Of a stretch of DNA of 64,000 bases, positions 20,064 to 27,843 are shown piece by piece. Within the stretch, counting starts at the first letter, position 1; each line of letters opens with the position of its first letter. Origin of the DNA: Gammaproteobacteria bacterium (GTDB lineage: Bacteria; Pseudomonadota; Gammaproteobacteria; Eutrophobiales; Eutrophobiaceae); NCBI GenBank assembly GCA_965215365.1, contig CBDCDS010000003.1, positions 384,001 to 448,000 on the forward strand, in the 5' to 3' direction. Below the pieces are notes generated by a model. The model was given only the letters and a program-made list of their open reading frames with translations, was not told the DNA's origin and made no database searches. Made by a program: the position numbers and the translations under genes.

Positions 20064-21609
20064 ACCGGCTCGATTACTCGCCCTGTTCGGGTGCGGCAGA
20101 CCTGCGCTGCTGCTGACCCTGTTGGTCGTGTCAGCCTGTAGCGAAAATATCAGGCAGCGGGAACAGGAATTCGACGACGCCCGGGAGCGCCACCGCCAGA
20201 TTTTGGCAGAACAGCAAACCCTGCGCGCGATTAACACCCGCGCGCAACGGGTGGATGTACCCCGCGAACAGGCCTGGCTATACCGGCCGTACCGCGCCAC
20301 CTACAGCAACCAGAGTCTGCGCGCAACCCTCAAGCGTCTGACGCCGGGTTATCCGGTCGCCTACGCGTTGCCGGACTCGTACAACCCGCCGGTCAGTTCC
20401 ACCCCGCTGGCGGTGACCGTGCAAGACCACTTGCAAGCCATCAGCCTGCAAGCCAACGTGGGTTACGAATTCCGCCAGGGTATTTTGCTGATTACACCCA
20501 TGATCACCCGGGAGTATGAGGTGCCCCTGTACGGCGGCGGCAACAACATCATCAACGTCAGCAGCAACAACCTGGGCCGGGAGCAGAACAAGGCCAGTGG
20601 CTATGAAAACAACATCAGCAGCCAGTTGTCCGCGGAGAACGATATTCATCAACTGGTGAACACGGTGCTGGGCATTCGTTACTGTGAACAGGACCGCGGC
20701 GCCGCGGACGACCTTGCCAAGGACTTGGACACCCATACCTGGAACGACCAGGAATGCTACAGCATCAGTGCCACCGGCAACCTGCTTGCCATCACCGCGC
20801 GCCCACAGCGCATTGTGCTGTTCGATAAAGCCTACCGCAAGTGGCTGCAAACCGTCACTCGGCAGGCTAATATCAAGATCACCGTGGTGCGCCTGGATGT
20901 CACCGATCTGGCGCAACAGCACGTGGATTTGTCCGTGGTGCGCAATGCCAGCATCGCCGCCAACCTCAGCAACCTGACGCAAAACCTGAGCGGCGCCCGG
21001 GTCAATACCGGCGGCGGTGTATTCAGCCTTAAAATCGACGACCGCAACAGCCGCTGGAATTCATCGGAACTGATACTCCGGGCGCTGGCGCAGGTCGGCA
21101 ATATCTCCATCGACGACAGCAAGGAAATACTGGTCTATAACAACCGTCTGGTGACCCTCCGCAACTACCGCGTGCACCGCTATGTGGAGCGCACCAGCAT
21201 CCAGCAGACCGATGCCGGCGGCACCAGCCTGTCCACGCCCACCGTGGAAATCGGCGAACTGGAAACCGGGCAGGCGATCAACATTCTGCCGACCCTGACC
21301 GATAACCTGATTGCCCTGCATGTTGTCATCAATGAGGCTCAGATCGACACCATGGACACCTACCAGATTGCCGGCACCTCCGGCGTGTTGCCGCTCAGTT
21401 CCGGCAACGACAACATCTTTGACGTGAGCATTGAAGACGGCGAGACGGTGTTGCTGGCCTCCACCCACCGGGAAGAAGTGGAAGTGAAAACCGACCGCTC
21501 CGGGCTGCTGCCGGTGTGGCCGTTCAGCCGCCTGACCGGCAATTCTGCAGCCGGCGGCAAGCGCCTGACACAAACGCTGTTCCTGATCCAGGGGAGCTTC
21601 CGGTCATGA
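20041..21609 (+). CDS. pilN: PilN/BfpB-like lipoprotein secretin
   Basis: Lipobox VSAC; secretin C-terminal pattern (ILRALAQVG, LETGQAINILP, IEDGETVLL). Confidence 0.75.
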   Translation: MMKTAHRKPARLLALFGCGRPALLLTLLVVSACSENIRQREQEFDDARERHRQILAEQQTLRAINTRAQRVDVPREQAWLYRPYRATYSNQSLRATLKRLTPGYPVAYALPDSYNPPVSSTPLAVTVQDHLQAISLQANVGYEFRQGILLITPMITREYEVPLYGGGNNIINVSSNNLGREQNKASGYENNISSQLSAENDIHQLVNTVLGIRYCEQDRGAADDLAKDLDTHTWNDQECYSISATGNLLAITARPQRIVLFDKAYRKWLQTVTRQANIKITVVRLDVTDLAQQHVDLSVVRNASIAANLSNLTQNLSGARVNTGGGVFSLKIDDRNSRWNSSELILRALAQVGNISIDDSKEILVYNNRLVTLRNYRVHRYVERTSIQQTDAGGTSLSTPTVEIGELETGQAINILPTLTDNLIALHVVINEAQIDTMDTYQIAGTSGVLPLSSGNDNIFDVSIEDGETVLLASTHREEVEVKTDRSGLLPVWPFSRLTGNSAAGGKRLTQTLFLIQGSFRS

Positions 21610-22778
21610 TCGAGACTGTCACCCTGGGCACGCGTGACCTCGACCTGTGCCTGAACGCAGACAGCCGCACGCTGCCGGAGGAGCATCGCGGCTGGCTGTA
21701 CGTGAATAAACGCCTGGGCGCGCTGAAGAAAAAATACTACCTGGAATCCGAGGGTTTCATTTTTTTCGATGACGGCCAGGCTATTTCCATCGCCGCGCAG
21801 CTGGTGCAGTGGATTCATACGGATATACGTCCCGGTCGGCATTATATTTTCCTGCCGTTCGACAACACCGTCTATCTGGCGACGATACGGGTGCAGGCGG
21901 ATTATATCCTGGTGGAAAAAGAAGACCTGTTGCCGTTTGAAGACTGCATCGAACTCATTAAAAACAACCCGCTGGAGTGTCAGGTCGCAGCGCTGGGCGA
22001 GCTCAGCAAGGCCTTCACCCAACACCATATCGCGCTCAAGGATTTGTATATCAATCTTGAACCGGGCACGCGTAACCCCTACCTGCTGCGCCGCGGTTAC
22101 AGCCTGCCGGAACTGCTGCTGCTGACGCTTGCGCCGACCCTGGTTGCCGGGCTGCTGTACCTGTTCATCACCAACATGGAGACGCCGCAGCTACCGCACC
22201 CGGCAGCGCCGCCACCACCGCCCAAACCGGAAAGCGCCCGGCAGCTCGACGAAGACCTCGATGCCCTGGCCGCCCTGCTCACGGACTTCTCGGTATTGTT
22301 GGCCTATCAGCTGGAAACCGTCAACGTCAAAAAAGCCGGCGGCGGCTACCAGCTGCGCGCCGCCGGCAGTTATGTGCAGTCTTTTTCACTACAACGCCTG
22401 CATAGCCTTGCAGAACGCCTGCACGGCCGGTTTTCCGTGCAACAAGGCAGGTGGACCTTAACTTCTTCCCGCTTCCGCCCGCTCGCAGGAGAAACCGGGG
22501 ATTTGGTTCCCCTGGCAAGCAGCTTTGAGCACTACCGGCAATTTGCCCAAGCCAACAATGCCCGCTTCACCATTGTCAGCGTCAACCGTAAGCATGATGC
22601 CGCGCAAGGTGTGGTGCGCATCAATCACGAGCATCCCGCGCCCGCCACCCTGAGTCGATGGGCCCGACAATTACGGCAGTCAGCGCTGCACGGCCACCTG
22701 CAAGAGGCCACTCTGAGCGCCCGCCGGCATGCAGGGTGGGATAGCGTCAACATCGTCATCGAAATAACCGGAACCTGA
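21606..22778 (+). CDS. PilO/BfpC-like accessory pilus assembly protein
   Basis: Position after the secretin; cytoplasmic domain, central TM helix, Pro-rich linker. Confidence 0.5.
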   Translation: MIETVTLGTRDLDLCLNADSRTLPEEHRGWLYVNKRLGALKKKYYLESEGFIFFDDGQAISIAAQLVQWIHTDIRPGRHYIFLPFDNTVYLATIRVQADYILVEKEDLLPFEDCIELIKNNPLECQVAALGELSKAFTQHHIALKDLYINLEPGTRNPYLLRRGYSLPELLLLTLAPTLVAGLLYLFITNMETPQLPHPAAPPPPPKPESARQLDEDLDALAALLTDFSVLLAYQLETVNVKKAGGGYQLRAAGSYVQSFSLQRLHSLAERLHGRFSVQQGRWTLTSSRFRPLAGETGDLVPLASSFEHYRQFAQANNARFTIVSVNRKHDAAQGVVRINHEHPAPATLSRWARQLRQSALHGHLQEATLSARRHAGWDSVNIVIEITGT

Positions 22779-22779
22779 G

Positions 22780-23586
22780 ATGAAATACCTGATTTTCCTG
22801 CTGTTCATAGTCGGCGGCGCGCAGCCGGTCAGCGCCGAAGCAGACCAACCTGAGGCTGGCATCGAGCCGGCAACGCAGCCGGCGCCAGTGGGACAACCGG
22901 CGGTGCCGCCGCCGACCGCCCCTATCGACGCGCCGACTGCACCGGCAGCCGCCGCTGTTGACGGGCCGACCACAGCGGCGACCGGCGGCACCGACGGGCC
23001 GACCACACCGGCAGCCGCAAACCCGGCCACCTCGCCGCCGCCGGCTGCGGCAGACGGCTCCTGCCGGCATTGCCAGCCGGCTGAACAACTGGTGGTGGAC
23101 CTCATTTTCTACAAGCAAATCCTGGACCTGCTGGGGGAGATAGACCGGCAGCGGGCACAGATCAATACCGGCTTGTTGCGCGCCACCCACGCCGAACTGG
23201 TCAAGCTCAGACCCGAGCTGGCGGCCTTGTTAAAAACAGACAAAGCGCCGGTGCCAGCCCCGGCTCCGGTCGCGGCAAAGCCGCGCCCTGCCAAAAAGCC
23301 GGCGCCACCCAAGCCCAGGCCTAAGCCGGCGTCGCAAGGCATAGACGGTCTGGTAGTCGGGCATGTCAACGGCGCCAACCGGGAGTTGGGGCTCGCGGCC
23401 AGCGTGGTGCTAGTCAGCAACGGCCGGCCTCGTTCCTTGAATCTGGACGGCGTCATCGAGCATAACCGGCGCAAGTTCCGGATCATCAAGGTGGATTATG
23501 TCGAAGACCGGCGCGCCGGCAACCGGCATGAGGTGCATCTGCAGGACCAGGTCAGTAAGCAGGTTTACGTGGTGCCGTGGCAATGA
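22780..23586 (+). CDS. PilP-like periplasmic protein
   Basis: Signal peptide, Pro/Ala-rich linkers, small C-terminal beta domain; sits between the PilO-like gene and the ATPase. Confidence 0.45.
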   Translation: MKYLIFLLFIVGGAQPVSAEADQPEAGIEPATQPAPVGQPAVPPPTAPIDAPTAPAAAAVDGPTTAATGGTDGPTTPAAANPATSPPPAAADGSCRHCQPAEQLVVDLIFYKQILDLLGEIDRQRAQINTGLLRATHAELVKLRPELAALLKTDKAPVPAPAPVAAKPRPAKKPAPPKPRPKPASQGIDGLVVGHVNGANRELGLAASVVLVSNGRPRSLNLDGVIEHNRRKFRIIKVDYVEDRRAGNRHEVHLQDQVSKQVYVVPWQ

Positions 23587-23630
23587 TCCCTGGGCAATAA
23601 TCCCTAGGCAATAATCCTTGGGCAATGATC
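23581..23630 (+). repeat. About 3.5 tandem copies of a 14 bp unit (CAATRATCCYTRGG)
   Basis: caatgatccctggg-caataatccctagg-caataatccttggg-caatgatc. Confidence 0.9.
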
Positions 23631-23631
23631 T

Positions 23632-25239
23632 ATGTTTAAGACCCTCAAAAAACAGCATAAGGCGCCGCCGTTACCGTCTTTTGCACAGGCGCAGGCGGAG
23701 AATAGGGTGTGCGAGACGCCGCTGATCACCAAGTACGAGGAACTGGAAAACATCCAGCCTACGACCAACGCCGATATCCTCACCGAGACCCGGAAAATGA
23801 ACGGCGCCTGCCCCGGCTTTATTGCCGAGGACCAGCAGCTGTATTGTATTGACCGCAGCGACCTGAACAGACACGAGGCACTGGCGCTGAACCAGTTGAT
23901 CAACCTGGGCCGGGACGCATTGCAGCAGGAGCCGGTGATCCGCCAAACCACCCGCTCGGTATTCGAATCCTGGATGAACAGGAACCAGGAACTGTCCCTG
24001 CAACAGCAAACCCGGGAAAGCTCCAATCAGGTCAACGAGTTGCTGGTGCAGGCCATTAACAACCAGGCCACGGATATCCATCTGGAAATCAAGCATAACA
24101 GGACTACCGTCTATCAACGCATCTATGGCCAGCTGGCAACCAGCCAGTCATTCGACCAGAGCCAGGGTATCAAGATCATCGCCGCGATCTGGAATATTTA
24201 CGTGAACCAGCCGTTCAGCAACGGCGATGTGGCCAAGGACGGGCGCTTTAATTTCGATTACAACGGGCAGAAATGGTTGTGCCGGGTGTCCTACGGGTAT
24301 TCCAAGGTGACCGACGAGCGCAGTCTGGCGATCCGCCTGCGGGACATGAAATACATCCCCGAGCTCAGTGCCCTGGGCTACCACGACACCCAACTGCAAA
24401 CCCTGAAACAGGTGGCCGCCAACAAAGGCATCACCTTGATCATCGGTGCGGTCAACTCCGGCAAGTCCACCACTCAGACTGCCATTATGAAAACCCGACC
24501 GGCGCTGGAGAAAAACCTGGAGATCTCCGACCAGATCGAGGTGGAACTGGACAACTTTGTGCAAATCCAGTTGCCGATCGAAGGCACTGATGACATTATC
24601 CGGGACAACAAGGAACGGCTGCGGCGTATCTCCACCCGCCACGATGTCGATTTCATCGCCATCAACGAAATCCGCGACAAGGAAACCGCGGTCATGGCTT
24701 CCTCCATGATGTTGCAGGGTACCACGGGCATCGCCTCCATCCACGGTTCCGGCTGGGTGGACGCCATCAACCGGCTGGTATCGAAGGCCGACCTCGGCAT
24801 CAGCCCCGACATTCTGTTTTCCGAATCCTTTTTAAGCCTGATCATCGTCCAGTCCCTCATCGGCGTGCTCTGCGATCGGTGCAAACTGGCACAACATTCC
24901 GACCCGTTCTGGCAGGACTATTACCGCGCCGGGTTCGGCGCCGCCGGCCAATATATCCGCTTTCAAAACAGGTACGGTTGCAGCACCTGCCGGCATACCG
25001 GTATCGGCAGTCTTACCCTGGTGGCCGAGTGCATCCCGATCATCGAGGGTAACAGGCACTTACTGAAAGATACCACCAATCCGCAGGCCATGCGCGACTG
25101 GATGCAGGCCAACGGCGTCCTGAACATCCACCAGCACGCCTGCTCGAAGATACTCAACGGCGAGCTGGACCCGTTACTCACCCAGCGCAAGATAGGCAAT
25201 TTCAACAAAGGGAACCTGTACGATGCCTGGCATAACTGA
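23632..25239 (+). CDS. pilQ: PilQ/GspE-family pilus assembly ATPase
   Basis: ATDIHLE, Walker A GAVNSGKST, NEIRD, SIH, and two CxxC pairs (CDRC, CSTC). Confidence 0.85.
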   Translation: MFKTLKKQHKAPPLPSFAQAQAENRVCETPLITKYEELENIQPTTNADILTETRKMNGACPGFIAEDQQLYCIDRSDLNRHEALALNQLINLGRDALQQEPVIRQTTRSVFESWMNRNQELSLQQQTRESSNQVNELLVQAINNQATDIHLEIKHNRTTVYQRIYGQLATSQSFDQSQGIKIIAAIWNIYVNQPFSNGDVAKDGRFNFDYNGQKWLCRVSYGYSKVTDERSLAIRLRDMKYIPELSALGYHDTQLQTLKQVAANKGITLIIGAVNSGKSTTQTAIMKTRPALEKNLEISDQIEVELDNFVQIQLPIEGTDDIIRDNKERLRRISTRHDVDFIAINEIRDKETAVMASSMMLQGTTGIASIHGSGWVDAINRLVSKADLGISPDILFSESFLSLIIVQSLIGVLCDRCKLAQHSDPFWQDYYRAGFGAAGQYIRFQNRYGCSTCRHTGIGSLTLVAECIPIIEGNRHLLKDTTNPQAMRDWMQANGVLNIHQHACSKILNGELDPLLTQRKIGNFNKGNLYDAWHN

Positions 25240-26257
25240 ACTGCTGCGGCTGCACCCGCTCAAATCGCTCTACTTGCGCACCCTGCTGTTCAACAGCGAG
25301 ACCCGCGCGTATTTCTACGCCACCTTGCGGGAATATCTGAGCAGCCATTTCCCTCTGCTCGGGATCTTCGATCAGCTGCAGCAGCACGGCAATAACGCGG
25401 CCATTCTGGCAATCGCCCGGCTCAGCAAACGCGCGATTCGCAATAACCAACCATTCGCCACCCATTACCACGCGACCGGGCTGTTCACCGAGCAGGAAAG
25501 CAAACTGTTGATGCTGGGAGAACGCTACGACTGCATGGATACCGTTACCGGGTTGTTACTGGACCAGGATGAACAGGCGCCGGCCCTGCTGCAAATCCTC
25601 TCTGGCAGCGTCCAGTGGATCTTTATGAGCCTGATCATGACCGCCATGTCCATTTACACGCTGCCGTACCTGAAGAATTATACCAGTGGCTATACGCTGT
25701 TCTTTGATTACGTCAACTTTGCCAAATCTTGGTGGCCGCAGCTGGCGGCGCTGGCGCTGATTGCATTCGTCCTCTACCACTGGTGCATGTTGCGCCTGAC
25801 CGGGCCGTTGCGCAAGGCGTTGATGGCCTGTGGCTGTTTCCAGGTTCATGCCATGTTGACTGAGCGGCGTTTCCTGAAAATCGGCGGCGCCCTGATCGCC
25901 ACGCGCCTGCCGCCCGCCGAGTACCTGCGCCTGATGCAAACCACGTTTTCCCGGCAGCGGTTACTGGAGCAGGCGCTACAGCACAGCAGGACGCGCCTGA
26001 AAGAGGCCTCCCTGTTGCAAGTACTGGGAGACATCCTGTCGCCATATACCTACACCCAGGTCCTGGCTTGTACGCCCAACCAGACCCAGGACGAGATCGC
26101 CAGAGGCTTCAACATGGCGGCCCGCATGCTGGATCTGAAACTGAAGCGCGTCATCAAGGCCTGGCAGAGTTTCTACACGATGCTGTTTTTGTCCGGCAGC
26201 ATCGCCATCACCATCCCGTTTGCCCTGGTGTCCATGGGTATGGGAATTCAACTGTAA
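25223..26257 (+). CDS. pilR: PilR/GspF-like inner-membrane platform protein
   Basis: RAYFY..L...L N-terminus, F..QE..LL..GE motif, three hydrophobic segments; follows the ATPase. Confidence 0.7.
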   Translation: MPGITELLRLHPLKSLYLRTLLFNSETRAYFYATLREYLSSHFPLLGIFDQLQQHGNNAAILAIARLSKRAIRNNQPFATHYHATGLFTEQESKLLMLGERYDCMDTVTGLLLDQDEQAPALLQILSGSVQWIFMSLIMTAMSIYTLPYLKNYTSGYTLFFDYVNFAKSWWPQLAALALIAFVLYHWCMLRLTGPLRKALMACGCFQVHAMLTERRFLKIGGALIATRLPPAEYLRLMQTTFSRQRLLEQALQHSRTRLKEASLLQVLGDILSPYTYTQVLACTPNQTQDEIARGFNMAARMLDLKLKRVIKAWQSFYTMLFLSGSIAITIPFALVSMGMGIQL

Positions 26258-26271
26258 CGGAGGAAAAAACC

Positions 26272-26715
26272 ATGAATCAAGTCGCAATCGTGTTCGGGCT
26301 TATTATCACCAGCGTCGTCGGTTTCGGCGCCTACACTGCGCTGGCGCCACTGGTCACCCAGTCAGAGAACCGCAATATGGAGGCGGAAATCGCCAATATC
26401 ATCAACGCCGCCTCAGAGTATCGCTGGGTGAATCGTAACGACAGCGGTCTGGCAAGCGCCACCTTTACGGCCTTGGTAACTAACGGTTATCTGGATTCCG
26501 AGTTGTATGAGGACGGTGACGATGAAAGCGTGATTGAAACGGACATCACCGCCTCGCCCGGCGCCGGAACTCCGACTGTCACCTACGATGCCGGAGATGC
26601 GCAAAGTTGCAACTGGTTGCTGCAACGGGCGAAGGCCGGCAAGTGGGCCAAGGTGGATGCTGAGTCGGCCACCACCGCCTGCTCCACCAGCGTCATCACC
26701 GTAGTCATCAAATAA
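26272..26715 (+). CDS. Putative major type IVb pilin-like protein without a prepilin leader
   Basis: Strong RBS GGAGGA; N-terminal hydrophobic helix continuing into an amphipathic helix; LVTNGYL motif; C-terminal Cys pair; pilS position. Confidence 0.65.
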   Translation: MNQVAIVFGLIITSVVGFGAYTALAPLVTQSENRNMEAEIANIINAASEYRWVNRNDSGLASATFTALVTNGYLDSELYEDGDDESVIETDITASPGAGTPTVTYDAGDAQSCNWLLQRAKAGKWAKVDAESATTACSTSVITVVIK

Positions 26716-26718
26716 GCC

Positions 26719-27171
26719 ATGCCGGCCGTCTTCTATCAGGTGGCGCTGTCGCTGGCCGTTGTTGCGGGGTTGGTGACGTTGCTGCAACCGCACCGGCACA
26801 CACAGGCCCGGATGCAGACCTTGCAGGCCGTGCAGCGCGCCGGTATTGATTATATCGGCGCGCACTGCCAGGCCCTGCCGGGGAGCATCACCCAGGCTAT
26901 GTTGCAGGCTGCGGGCAACCTGCCCGACCACTTCGACAGCCACGGCGCCACGTTTACCTGGCGCACGGCAGAGCATCCGGTAGTCACTGTCAACGTCAGC
27001 GGCGCGGCCGACTATCTGGCCTTCCTGCCCCGGCACACGCTGGGCGGGTTCGAGGCGGACGGCGCTTACACCTTCATCCCGCACTATGACGCCACCGGAT
27101 TGCGCGCCGCCAACAACGGCTACAACCTGTTTGCTTATGCCGGCAACGACTTTTCCTGTAACCCATTATGA
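26719..27171 (+). CDS. Pilin-like/PilM-like protein
   Basis: N-terminal hydrophobic helix, AGIDYI..HC...LQAAGNLP..F pattern, Cys pair. Confidence 0.5.
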   Translation: MPAVFYQVALSLAVVAGLVTLLQPHRHTQARMQTLQAVQRAGIDYIGAHCQALPGSITQAMLQAAGNLPDHFDSHGATFTWRTAEHPVVTVNVSGAADYLAFLPRHTLGGFEADGAYTFIPHYDATGLRAANNGYNLFAYAGNDFSCNPL

Positions 27172-27818
27172 ATGTCCTGCCCACTGTTTACTTCATGCTG
27201 GTGTTCAGCCTGCTATCGCTGGGACTGAGTTTCCGCATCGAAGAACGCGCCCGTTCGTTAGTCCCGGATCGGGTGCAGAACGCCATCGTGCAACTGGCCC
27301 TGGCGCAACATCGCTACATCTCCGACCCGGACAACCCCGCGTCCGGCAGCTATGCTGGCGATCTTGCCACGTTACGCGACTACCTGCCGATCTGGGAAGC
27401 CGACCCGGGCTTTGCCGCGCCGGTGTTCGCGTTTCCCGCAAGCGGCGGCTTTACCATCCGCTACCGTGCCGCCGACAACGCCGAAGCCGGACGCATTGCC
27501 GCGCGCCTAGGCGCGGTGGCGCAGGTCAACGCCAACACGGTCACCGTCGGCTTCGCCGACCCCACCGATCTAGCCTTGCTGGATACCTTTATCAGCCGGG
27601 ATGATGCCGAAGACGAATTCGTCAAACGAGCCGGGGACCGGATGAGCGGCACCTTGAGTTTCAACAGCAGTATTGGCGCCGCCATCGACCTGAACCAGAA
27701 TACCCTGACCGATGTATTACGCCTGAGCGCGCGCAACCCCGGCGCGACCGGCACGGTGGAAGCAGACATCATCATCGGCACCACCGCCACCTTCAACGAC
27801 ATCCTCATCAACCCCTGA
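27168..27818 (+). CDS. PilV N-terminal-like minor pilin
   Basis: Hydrophobic N-terminus, AQHRYI helix, YLP; FVKRAGDRMSGTL...IDLNQN motif like PilV constant regions and fibre proteins. Confidence 0.55.
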   Translation: MNVLPTVYFMLVFSLLSLGLSFRIEERARSLVPDRVQNAIVQLALAQHRYISDPDNPASGSYAGDLATLRDYLPIWEADPGFAAPVFAFPASGGFTIRYRAADNAEAGRIAARLGAVAQVNANTVTVGFADPTDLALLDTFISRDDAEDEFVKRAGDRMSGTLSFNSSIGAAIDLNQNTLTDVLRLSARNPGATGTVEADIIIGTTATFNDILINP

Positions 27819-27843
27819 TCGCTCAACAAGAAGGAATTTGAAC

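Noticed and set aside
26068-26271. Long leader on the pilin (215 aa ORF)
   Set aside because: Lies almost entirely within pilR, has no Gly cleavage site before the hydrophobic helix, and a strong RBS precedes ATG 26272
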